From positions 9,774,784 to 9,838,783 of the forward strand of contig CM121341.1 of NCBI GenBank assembly GCA_051530055.1: 64,000 bases of DNA. The letters run 5' to 3'. Origin of the DNA: Neoechinorhynchus agilis. Its lineage: Eukaryota; Animalia; Acanthocephala. Positions 12,250 through 23,036 of this stretch are shown in pieces (position 1 is the stretch's first letter; the number at the start of each line of letters is the position of its first letter). The notes beneath the pieces were generated by a model that searched no databases, had not been told where the DNA came from, and worked only from the letters and a program-made list of their open reading frames with translations. The position numbers were made by a program, and so were the translations under genes.

Positions 12250-13020
12250 TAGTAAATTAAGACACAAGATGAGAGAAAAAATAACGTCTAAAAGGGATAA
12301 GAATTCTTTGTTGAAGACAATGATCATAAAAGGATTCCACCGTATTGACCCTGGCTTTGGTCCATTTCATTGAAGGATCATTAAAGTCACCGACAATAAA
12401 GTCAATGCTATATTTAGGAAGCCCTTTTAAAATATGATTAACGTGAGGACGATGGACAAAACAAGGTTGAATATACAGATTAAAAAATGAATTGCCGATG
12501 ATTGAATAAAAGTTATAAAGAGAATACGACAATTCATTCCATGTTGAAAAATTGAGAAAGATTATATACCCTTTTAGATTTTTAGAATAAAAAATGAGAT
12601 TCTAGGAATATGATGCGTAATATCAGAGATTGGTCGCCCCAGCACAATTCCACTGTAACAAGCGAAAACTAGATTTTCCTGACCTTCGATTTTGAGCCAG
12701 GAATAAGGAAAGCAACTACAGAGTTAATATGAATGGATTGATCTTCGATGATATCTTTGACAATTTCGGAATCGTTCTCTATGAGCCCAATGAGAACGTC
12801 CTCACAAGCGGGCTCAAAAGAATTGGACCTCTTCAAGATGGAGGAAATGGGTCGGCGATAAATGATTCAAGTATGTCACGAAGATGGATGACCTGTGAAA
12901 TTAGTGCCCTCCAACAATCGATGATAACCCTCTAGCCAGTTCCTTTCTATCTTTTACGAATCGACAATAATACTAACCAATGCAGAAACCAACTACATGC
13001 GAGATTTATGGGTAGGAACA
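12250..13020 (-). mobile_element. LINE fragment (ORF1 C-terminus plus APE), same family as 23037-26882
   Basis: DVLIGLIENDSEIVKDIIEDQS aligns to DVMMDIDESTSEFVARIIETQS (ORF 23019). LQWNCAGATNL near 12640-12670; IDFIVGDFNDPS in ORF 12257-12532. Confidence 0.75.
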
Positions 13021-13024
13021 ATAT

Positions 13025-13606
13025 TGATTTTTCAGGTGAGCTCCTGCAAATATGTGATAACTCAAAGAGCTTGGTTAATTGGCGGATTGTTGCTTTTTGT
13101 TGTCAAAGTCACCGAGAGTATCTTCCGATATGCATAGTCCAGTGGAAAAGATATGTTATAAATCAAACAAAGGTCATAAGCTGCGAACAATGCAGAATGG
13201 CTCTGTTCGGAAAACTTGTAGATTCGCGACATTTTAATGCGTTTTCCCCGAACTGTATTTCATTACTTGATTCTAGCGAGCTCCAATTGCTTATTTCGGA
13301 TTCATTGAGTTGGAGCATTTGACAAAAGCCAATAAATAAGGACGATAAAATGGACTCGTAAAAGTGATAATTGGAAATCTTATCTGAAATCCAAAGCGGT
13401 TTTTCGAATGTAAGCATGCGATGTTGCCGTTAAATGAGGTTAAGAGCATTGCGACATATCAGATCAAAGAATGCCCTCCGATTTTGTTATTGAATAGGAC
13501 TTTATTGAGGAGAGTTGGCAAAAGACCAATGGTGAAACAATTCTTGAATGAGGTACAACTTTCGAAACACTCGTCTGGACCGTGGATGCTAAAAGAAGTA
13601 CATGAC
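13025..13606 (-). pseudogene. Endogenous totivirus-like RdRp fragment (C-terminal half), copy 2
   Basis: Near-identical to 15810-16203 over 13210-13606, which is contiguous with RdRp motifs A and B in the 16-kb and 31-kb copies. Confidence 0.8.
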
Positions 13607-13609
13607 AAG

Positions 13610-14490
13610 GTCACATTGAGAGAAACGAACAAAACCGCGCACAAAAAGCAAATAAAGAGTTTGTTCGAAAACAAAATCGATGGTTAAATCTTTTCTGGCC
13701 GCGGTGGTCGAGGATCGCGTAAAAATTGTGGATGTATCGTATGATAATACAAATGATAGCACAACTTCTAAGATGGTTTTAACATTAACCGAATCCAGAT
13801 ATATCCATGAACTTATTGGTGTAAACTTCAGGATTGCAAGAATACGAGCGGTGTTGTATGACTTGGCGCTGGCAGCTGATATGCAGGTAGTCGATACGAC
13901 AGTGGGTTTTTGTTGTTGAGTGATTTACAGAATAAACATTAGCACTATTAAATCATGATACGATTCTACGGTGGATCAGAAACGTGGACGGTAAAAAAGA
14001 GCAGAATTCCTGACCAATATAAATGGATTTTCAGTGGCAATGTAATTCGATACAGGGTCCGCTGAATCAATTATCAATAATTTGAAGGTAGCACAAAAAA
14101 TCAGGGCATTTTGGTGGAACAGAGATCGATAACTTAGGGTCCTACGATGTGCAGGTAACACTTGGTAAAAAACGAGATATCTCAGTATTTGTTATCGTTG
14201 GTGTGGGGCGACCGATATTCAGTCTACCGTGGATGCCAGCGGCCGACCTAAAGATCCCGGAGGCTCAAATATTTCGAGTGCACAATATTCCGGAAGACGA
14301 AGTTGTTGCCCAGGCGGTGGAAACTATGATTCTTAAGTATTTACCAATCCGATTCAATGACACCGCCGGCGCAGTCAAGAATGTTCGGGCTAGAAAATGA
14401 ACAAGAAATAATCTGGAAGGCTCGGAGGGTCCATTTGCGTTGCATGAAGCGCTAGAAGAAGAATTGGAAAGAATATTCAGCGATGGAATT
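13610..14490 (+). mobile_element. Gypsy-type LTR retrotransposon remnant (gag end, protease, start of RT)
   Basis: NINGFSVAM*FDTGSAESII (aspartic protease DTGS) near 14020-14080. PFALHEALEEELERIFSDGIPV near 14430-14497 is typical of the Mag/K02A2.6-like RT start. Confidence 0.55.
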
Positions 14491-14559
14491 CCGGTCGACG
14501 GTCAGACTTGTAGAATGCTTACGATAGCCAATTTTCCTTAAAGGACTTCGGTCTTGAAC

Positions 14560-14870
14560 ATCTAATCATTCTTTGTGACATCGACAATCTTCCTACATCA
14601 CTATCTCTAACTGACTTCGTCAATTTAGTAAAATTTCCTATCCGCCACATCTCACATTTCGATAAAATCTACTAACATCCACAAATACAAGGATCCTAAA
14701 AACTACCTCTAATCCCATCCTCAGACCATTACGCAATAATCCTTTCTCCCTCCGCTCCACCTCAACGTGTCCGGTCATCCCCCTTTACGGTCTGGGACAA
14801 GAGATATTAACACATTTTCGCATTTATCAAATTAGTTTCGCGTAATCTCTCTTTATATAGATAATCTATT
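14560..14870 (+). mobile_element. Short L2/CR1-like fragment (APE C-terminal region)
   Basis: Pyrimidine-rich like the other copies; LTDFVNLVKFP...DKIY remnant. Confidence 0.35.
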
Positions 14871-14939
14871 TTTCACCCAAACTCCACGGGGGCTATGCTT
14901 TCTCTTCCGAGCAAAGGAGCGAGAGAGTAATCTCTGCTT

Positions 14940-15690
14940 AAGCACCCGGTAAATGATTATTTATTAAAGACGTTCTTCGAACTTCGTCAAGTTCATCATC
15001 AATTCTAAAATAAAAGTTTATTGATAGTTGCAACCTTATTAACCTCCCCGATGACTGATTTATTTGTACGAATTTTCGTCTGTATGCAGACCGCTTCAGC
15101 TATCTTGAATAAAACATAGTGAGTGTAGCTTGGGCAGAACTCGGGTGCCCGGGGTTGTTAGGCCCGCGGGTGATCTATCACCCCCCTGAGCTGGTCTTAG
15201 TTTATATGGAATATTCAGCTTCCAGCTTGGGACATTCCCCTCCATACAGTTGTTGTTTATCGTTACCGCCTCTTTGATTACCCTCCTTTTCCAGTCAATC
15301 TCGATCATGATCTGATGAGCATCCTCAAATCCGATTTAATGATTCGTTTTTACAACATGATTACTGATGGCGGATGACATATCTGCTCTGTGCACACAAT
15401 ATTTATGCTGGTCAATGCGCTTTTTTAGTCCTTGACTTGTTTGTCCAACATAATATTTTCCGCATTGTCTGCATGGTACTTTATAGTTTATACTTTTATC
15501 CTCTTGTTTTGGTTTCTTTTTGAATATACCCGCCAACTTCGTTGCTGCTTTAGAATATATTGACACCGAGTGGGTCTTGCATCTTCTTATAAGATGTTGT
15601 AATTTGTTCAGAGTTGCTTCATTGATGAATTTTGATTCCAAGAATATTTTCTGATTGGCGGTGGGTTTCGGGTTGTTTTTCGATGTCCAT
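14940..15690 (-). mobile_element. Penelope-like element 3' part (GIY-YIG endonuclease plus pseudo-LTR)
   Basis: ORF 15336-15641 INYKVPCRQCGKYYVGQTSQGLKKRIDQH, continuing in 15096-15308 RRVIKEAVTI. Hammerhead-like motifs follow. Confidence 0.85.
14966..15099 (-). ncRNA. Two degenerate hammerhead-ribozyme motifs in tandem
   Basis: Minus strand CTGAAGCG-GTCTG-cata-CAGAC-GAAAATTC (15070-15099) and TTGATGAT-GAACTT-gacg-AAGTTC-GAAGAACGTC (14969-15002). Perfect stem II, non-canonical cores. Confidence 0.45.
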
Positions 15691-16975
15691 GACTTTTCAA
15701 AAATGTCATTGCTTTTTGAAATAAGTTTATTAATCTATTTACGGACTGTTGCTTACTTTTTGTTGTCAAAGTCACTCAGAGTATCTTCTGCCCTGCATCG
15801 TCCCACAAAACTTGTAGATTCGCGACATTTTAATGCGTTTCCCCCGAACTGTATTTCATTACTTGATTCTAGCGAGCTCCAATTGCTTATTTCGGATTCA
15901 TTGAGTTGGAGCATTTGACAAAAGCCAATAAATAAGGACGATAAAATGGACTCATAAAAGTGATAATTGGAAATCTTATCTGAAATCAAAAGCGGTTTTT
16001 CGAATGTAAGCATGCGATGTTGCCGTTAAATGAGGTTAAGAGCATTGCGACATATCAGATCAAAGAATGCCCTCCGATTTTGTTATTGAATAGGACTTTA
16101 TTGAGGAGAGTTGGCAAAAGACCAATGGTGAAACAATTCTTGAATGAGGTACAACTTTCGAAACACTTCGTCTGGACCGTGGATGCTAAAAGAAGTACAT
16201 GACGCAGCGTATTTATGAAGGAAGTACCGCGTAGACCTGAACACAAGCCTTGCTTCACTTGCACAGGCTCGTTAAGGTCCGAAAATTTGATTGTGATGTT
16301 GAGCAATGCCTTGGAACACCAGTCTGCGGCTCTAACTTAATCATGGTGTCCATGCGAGGTTGCAAATATGCAGGACTGTATCGTTAAGGTGTGTTGGACG
16401 TTGAAATCGGCATAATCCAACATCAATGCGTGGCAATCGAGACTGTTAGAAACAGTCATCCTAGCGAGATGTCTCGTAGTAGATAGATGGGGCGAATTCA
16501 CGTGTTGCACCTCTTCAAGCTTGTTGAGTTGGCGTTCGAGGCTTTCTAAAACATACGTCATGAGTCGGAAATTTCCTTGCCCAACTCAAAATTCTCGCGT
16601 TAGCGCGTATGATCGGTTCAGCATCGATCCAGGCAAGCACGTCACTCGTAGGCAGATTCTCAAAATATATCTTCCCAGCTGTCATATCAACTCCTATAAT
16701 GTTTGTTTTGTAGTCGCCCGTGCTACCACCAGAAACAAATTTGTTCCTAGCTTGCACGAAAGCGTGCCAGTCCAGAGGAGCTGTTTTGGCGAAGGTGAAC
16801 AACTTTGCCAGCTCAGCTCAAAGACAAGTCTTGATGTGGAATAATGTATCAAACCCAGCCACGGCTTGAGCTCGACTTCCTCTAACCTGTTAGCGCGTTC
16901 CTGTTCCCAATTTGACCTGCTTATATTCCTTGAAGCAGCCATATGCCAGTAGTAAAATTGGCACAGCTCGCTATG
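15690..16975 (-). pseudogene. Endogenous viral element: totivirus-like (Ghabrivirales) dsRNA virus RdRp, frameshifted, most complete copy
   Basis: Collinear motifs: NWEQERANRL (16883-16912), FVQARNKFVSGGS (GGS at 16722-16739), FELGK (16576-16590), LDYADFNVQHT (16388-16420), GLCSGLRGTSFINTL (16205-16249) and a degenerate IHGPDEV (about 16164-16184). Confidence 0.9.
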
Positions 16976-17310
16976 GAGAGTCAATCGAAATTCTAATTAT
17001 CTACCGCCATCGCACAACCGAAATTATCAAAGACATCGAAATTACTGACGGGAAACAAGACGGGACAATCGCCAAGAGCCTGAAACAAGACCGTGGTCGC
17101 CAGAGTTCAATAGAAGGCAGCAATTTCGAAAAAGAGGGCCACGAACGCAAAATGATTTTCCGATCAGAAAACGTCCTCGAATGGCAGACATTGGAGTTCC
17201 TAGACAAACAATTGGATGACTACATGGCAAAATGTGCAAGGGAGCGAATGGCGATGGGACCTGCACAAGGGGCTACCAAATTAAATAACTTTTTCTAATA
17301 AAAGTCATAA
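16975..17310 (+). pseudogene. Frameshifted, 5'-truncated paralog of the 11461-12099 gene, in opposite orientation
   Basis: DNA similarity to the minus-strand 11670-11990. A 4-nt insertion before TLEFLDKQLDDYMAK shifts the frame. AATAAA follows the stop. Confidence 0.7.
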
Positions 17311-17989
17311 TAACGATGGATGATCGTGGAAGGCTGATACAGCAAATTGAACATTTTGAATGCATTAAGTGTAAAGCTTAATACCTGTTTGAAACTCCAT
17401 CCAAGGTGTCTACTGTGATCACTGAACAATTTTCCAGAATGCAGATTATAGACAATCAGTAGATGATTGCAATTTTAGATACGATCAATTTAAAAATAAT
17501 GCGACTCAGCATAATCGAAATATCTTCTAAAAGCGTTTAAAGTTCGAAATTTAATTCCCTGGGAATCCAAAGGAGCGGCATATTTGCGAATCAATTGAAA
17601 AAGCATAATAATTTTTCGAAAGAGAAAAAAGTTCAATCGCCTTCATCTCCCTTATCCAACACAGCAGTCAACGCTTTAGAGCGAGATGATGATGTGGCCG
17701 AACAACTCATGGACACTGTAGTCAGAAAACCGGCTAGAAATTTTAGATACCGCTAAAGGATTGGGTACAATGTCTTAGGAGTATAATCTAAAACCTGTTT
17801 TGGATAGTGAGAGATTAGCCTAATGATTATCTATAAAGAAGTCTGGGGATCCTTGAACGCAGAAACAACTGACTGGGTTAGTACTTGAATGATAGAAGCC
17901 CCTTAAATCACCGATCGCTTGACCTAAAGTTTCAATACCTACAAAAACAATTAGGTCAATCGCAGCTAAAGCTACCTGTTCAACTCTGA

Positions 17990-20900
17990 TGGAGATTGTC
18001 ACACGCACGCATGCTCTATAATCCTGGGACTATTCTCAGCTCGACCTGTGATGCTTCGAAAAATTTCAAGACGTCCGCCGAAGCAAGGTCCGCCGCGCCG
18101 GCTGTTTCGCTCGCTGGCGAGGGGGTGCTCAGTCTCCAATGCAAATCGGTCAAATGCAATGTTTGTCTTCGTGACTTCAAACCCATTCTCTGTGGTCTCG
18201 TCAGCTCCCACGATCAACATGGGTCGCATTGCCATGGATCTAGAAAACCTCCAACTCAGCCTGTCTCTCCGTCTTCATTGAATCCATCTAATCCAACCGA
18301 ACTCACAACATAGCCCACCTCCAGCTCTGATCGAGATGCTTTCACACGGTACCCGAATGATTAGGCGAATCCCGCGAGGCGCCAGGTCCTCCGTAGCATC
18401 CAAATTAGCATGCCTGATCGAGTGCAGTATACGAGATCCAACCGTACCATCTGACTGGTTCAACCTCCTCGCGTTTCCGAAAGCAGTCTTACGTGTCCCC
18501 ACACAAACTGCTGAAACCAACGAGAATCAATCGCTCAGTCAAAAAATTCGCAACAGGTCTGACGCTTTCGAGTCCTTTGAACAAGTCGATCATCTTGGAT
18601 GGCAGAGCCATCGCCGTAATGCTCCTCACGACCCGTACTCTCAACTCCGCGCGAAATGCTCCAAGAAGCTAGAGGACGGCGATCTGAGGGGCGCCGTTCG
18701 ACTTGTAAGCGGAACGGACCGCCTACTCGCGCCGAACAAGGACATCCTCGACTCCTTAAAATTGAAGCATCCTCCACGAAGACGGAGTTGCTTCAAGCCA
18801 AATTATGATCCGTCGTTCACAGAGCCCGACCGCGACCCCCTCATACCCATTACAGTCTCCACCGTCACTTCCGCTCTGATATCTTTTCCGCCATCGTCAG
18901 CTGGAGGGCATGATGGTTTGAGCCCTCGACACTTAGGGGATTTGACCTGCTTCTCTTCTGGAGCTCAAGGTACGCGATTGCTGAACGCAATCACCGAGCT
19001 CACACGCGTAATCATTCGCGGTTCCGTATCTCCTCCAGTCGCTCGTCTACTCTGCGGTACTAAGCTGATCGCTTTCACAAAAAAGGTGGAGGGGTTCGTC
19101 CCATTGCCGTGGGTTGTACCTTCCGTCGACTGGCATCCAAAGTCGCGTGTCAGTTCGCCACCGATCGATTGATCAACTCTTGCCGGTTCAATTAGGAGTC
19201 GGAGTTCCTGCTGGAGCCGAGGCGGCCGTACACTCAGCACGAGCGTATAGTCGAAATGGTATCAATAAGGGAACAGCTATGGTCAAGCTTGACATGGAGA
19301 ACGCGTTCAATTCAATATGCCGCACCGCGATGACAGAGGTTGTCCGCCAGCACATACCAGAAATCTACCAATACGTGTCCTTGTGCTACGACCAGTCCAG
19401 CATGCTGCTGTTTGGCGAGTTCCAGGTCGAATCAGCAGAAGGTGTTCAACAGGGTGATCCTCTAGGTCCTCTGCTGTTCGCATTGACGATCAATCATCTC
19501 GCCCACAGCTCTTCGTCAGATTTGTCGATCTGGTACCTCGACGACTGTTGCATTGGAGGGGAGATCGACCAGCTCATTCGCGACATCAAAAACATCTCCG
19601 AAATGGGTGCCGATATCGGACTATTCCTGAGAACGGACAAATGCGAAATCATTTCGGACGACCAAGAGGATGCATCGAGACTGCTCACCGCACTGCCCGG
19701 AGCAAAGACAACTGCAACCGACTCAGCTGACATTCTCGGGTCTCCAATCGGTAACCTGTCTAACCTGGAAACGTTCCTTTCAAAAGCCATCGATCAATTG
19801 CGGCTCACTGCCGCCAGGCCCTTGCACATCGCGCGACACGACGCTCTGTTCATAATATCACGATGTCTGTCGCTACCGAAGATTGCGTACCTTCTGAGGA
19901 CTTCTCCATGCTTCAGGTCAGTGCTCACAAGGGATTTCGACAACTGCGTTCGATCAACCCTGTCAGAAGTCCTTAACCTATGACTGTCCGACACAGCATG
20001 GAAACAGGCGATCCTTCCCATTCGATTCGGCGGTCTACCGAAGTAGCAATTCCTGCCTTTTCGTCGTCGATCTCGGTCTCTTCAGACCTGGTGCTAAGAA
20101 TCATCCCACCACACACTCGACACGAGTCACATCCACCGCCTGAACTGATCGAAGCGCACGCTCAATGGACGTCAGTGTTCGGGCAAGTCGTTCCAACGGA
20201 AACAAACTCCCAAAAACGTTGGACTACCTTGCTCCACACTGCGTATTATCAGCAACTTCTTAACTCATGCTCGTCTCCCAACGATAGAGCTCGTCTCCTG
20301 GCAGTCTCAGCTCCACACTCCAGCGACTTCTTGAAGGCTTTCCCGATCACGGCTGTTGGCACGAGGCTGGATGACCAAGCCATCACCGTCGCGGTGGGAC
20401 TTCGGTTGGGCATCGAGTTCTCAGGCTCATATACATGTCGATGCGGTGGGACAGTGAATTGGTAGGAAACTCACGGTCTTGACTGCAAGCGTTCAAATGC
20501 TCGCCACGCGTGGCACTCAGCAGTCAACCGGATAACCAAGGAAGCCCTCTAAACGGCCGGTTTTCCCGCTCGACCCGAACCAGTCGGACTCTCCCGTAAC
20601 GACGGTAAACGCCCTGATGGAGCCCTCCCATGGTGCTCCGGGAAAATACTGGTTTGGGATTTTACTTGCCCCAACACGCTCGCAGCATCCCACTTACGGG
20701 ATGCCACCTCAAAAGCGGGAGCAGTCGCGAGCTTCAGCGAGGAAAAGAAGCGGCATAAGTACTCCTCGCTCGATGAGCATCAATATATGTTCATCCCGAT
20801 TGCGGTGGACACACTGGGATGCCTCGGAAAAGAAGGCTATTATTTCCTCTCCCGACTAAGAAAATGCTAAAACATGCCGCCGGCGATGTGCGCTCCAGCA

Positions 20901-21000
20901 GCTTCCTGCGGCAGCGAATCAACGCGGCGATCCAACGCGGCAATGCCGCGGCCATCAAGGAAGCTGCAGAACAATCATAACGTATGAGCCTGTAAAAAAA
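17990..21000 (+). mobile_element. CRE-clade non-LTR retrotransposon, near full length, frameshifted, copy 2
   Basis: CNVC...HDQHGSHCHGS; KLEDGDLRGAVRL; GGHDGLSPRHL; QLGVGVPAGAEAAVH; GVQQGDPLGP; WYLDD; CRCG; DGKRPDG; RQRINAAIQRGNAA; A-rich end near 20991-21000. Confidence 0.9.
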
Positions 21001-21133
21001 TGCGGATTTGATAGGAAGCAAGATAAATCTATTATCTTAATCCAACATCGCTAATTGAAATTGAAACTATAATAAATACTTTCTTTACAATAAAAATGAC
21101 TGTATTTCCGTGCGAGTAATCAAATCTAAAAAT

Positions 21134-21335
21134 GTCGATATGTGAGGTACCGGGGAATGTGATTAGAATCATTGTTTTGGTCTACATCCCTTAAATGGCT
21201 ATTTATTAAAGACGTTTCGAACCTCGTCGGGTTAAAGCCGTCTTTTAATGACAAACAAACTGATGATGAACCCGACGAGGCTCGAAACGTCTTTAATAAA
21301 TACCCATTTACCGGATTTAGACCAAAACAATAATT
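21134..21335 (+). mobile_element. Short non-autonomous hammerhead-bearing element with an internal inverted duplication
   Basis: Homologous to the minus-strand 59660-59790. 62-bp inverted arms at 21172-21233 and 21269-21330. Confidence 0.7.
21257..21294 (+). ncRNA. Minimal type-I hammerhead ribozyme (Penelope type), intact core
   Basis: AAA-CTGATGA-T-GAACC-cgacga-GGCTC-GAAA-CGTC-TTT. Palindromic ACGT helix III, predicted cleavage after GUC at 21291. Confidence 0.7.
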
Positions 21336-21664
21336 GTAATCAAACCTGTTTTTTCTAACAGGAAGTCAGCGATCCAGCTACGTTTGTGGTAATTACTGAA
21401 TTAAGGTTTTTATGTTCAATAATATGTACCGAATTATTTGGGTCTGATCATTTCTGCGTATGACGATACTTACATCGTTTCAACCTCTATTCTCAGAAAT
21501 AAGTACCTTAGCGCACTTAGCTGAAATGAATAAGTTAATTTCAATAAAAGGTCGAGGAAAGTTATCATTTTGTCTTTGTAAGAGGAATGTAGAAGAAGCA
21601 CTAAATTCGATTAAATTTGACTGGTCATTTTTTTGTTTTATTATTTGTAACAACAAAAGCGACG

Positions 21665-21875
21665 ATGCCGAATACGCGACAGACTGCTAAGAAAACGATG
21701 GGAATTGTGCTTCCGCAACGTAATGGTCAAGATAAACAAGCAAAGACGCCACGCACTGAATTTGTTAAAGTACAGAAAGTTGCTGCCAATGAAGAAGGGG
21801 GAGGCTGCACAATCAGACACCGACGTTTCTGCAGTCGTCGAACAGGACGAGGCGCAACTAGAATAAGAAAGGGAA
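21665..21875 (+). pseudogene. Possible decayed histone H3-like 5' fragment
   Basis: MPNTRQTAKKTMGIVLPQR vs H3 MARTKQTARKSTGGKAPRK. In a shifted frame ALNLLKYRKLL vs ALREIRRYQKSTELL. No histone fold. Confidence 0.35.
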
Positions 21876-23036
21876 ATCACACCACCTACAATCAAAAACC
21901 GGATGCAGTTCACATGGTTAAACAGGCTCAACTCTTAATTGGCAATGCATCTGTATCATTGCTCACTTTGTTAAAAAAATAGAAATCGGTATATGAATGC
22001 TCAATAAACTTTTTCGGGATTGCATTATGAGGCTCAATTGATGAAACGAGATTGTGTTTCAGAAGAGCTTCGAAATTTCCGTCGTTGAAGGAAATCCTAC
22101 AAATGTTCAACATGAGAGTGCTGTTTGACATGAGTTCAAACACCAAATTCCACGAGTCACTTCTCCATTTTAAGTGTAAGGAGAAATGGAATCAAGCGAC
22201 ATTTTGGCCCGATCTTAATCCGTGGAAATCAAGAATCCAGATGGATTTCTCCGCGTCTTATCGGGTTGGAAATAATCGAACAAAATCTTCGCATGGATCA
22301 AATTCGTGGCGAAGCGTTCATTTTTATTCAACAAGACAATTAAATCTTAAAGAATTCGTCAATGCAACAAATTGATTTCACAAATTATGCCCAATATCCA
22401 TTACATCTTAATATCGACGTTGCCATAAAATTTCGAGAAAAAGTACTCACATTGAGGCGCTAAGACACCTTCGCTCGTCCTCGGTACGAACGCAGAAATC
22501 AACAATCATCTCCAAATATCGCTCGACTTATCGACGAACAAAAAGAACGACAAGAGGAACGCGAATGCTGCGATAGAAAGCGGAGGGCGTTTTGGAAGGT
22601 ACGAAAAAACAGAAGAATTCACGGTCTGGGTAATCATTTAGCGCCCGTTCAAATTTTTTCGTAATTTGTGAAAATTAGCGATTTAGTCATTGTTCGTGAA
22701 GAAGTTCAACATTGAACAAGCGGGCAACTTCAACTTAGCCGTCAACGAAATGCGGAAGCCGAGATGGTCCGCAGGATCGACACGCAAGGATCGAGTGCCC
22801 AATGAGGAGGTGTGAAAGCTGTTTGTTGTCGATCCGATCGAGGAGGCAATCGCTAAGAGGCGGATGCGATGGTACCTGCAGGTGACACAAGCGGATGAAG
22901 ACGTCTGAGTGAAGAGCGCATGGAGAACCGAGCTCGAGCGCTCAAGAAGAGGCGGGCGGACAGTGTGAGTGGAGATCCCAAGACGCTGTGAAAGTGTTAT
23001 GGTGGACATGATGTCGTCATGCCCTCGACCGGGTGG
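21851..23036. repeat. Segmental duplicate of 34763-35943 (family A segment plus RTE 3' fragment)
   Basis: Near-identical ORFs at offset 12912 (21928 vs 34840; 22052 vs 34964). Confidence 0.95.
22731..23036 (+). mobile_element. RTE-clade LINE 3' fragment (second copy at 35642-35943)
   Basis: EMRKPRWSAGSTRKDRVPNEEV...PIEEAIAKRRMRWY matches the RTE C-terminal consensus. Confidence 0.7.

Noticed and set aside
13163-13417. ORF MLTFEKPLW... as a nuclear receptor ligand-binding fragment
   Set aside because: Weak similarity only; it lies in continuity with the RdRp motifs.
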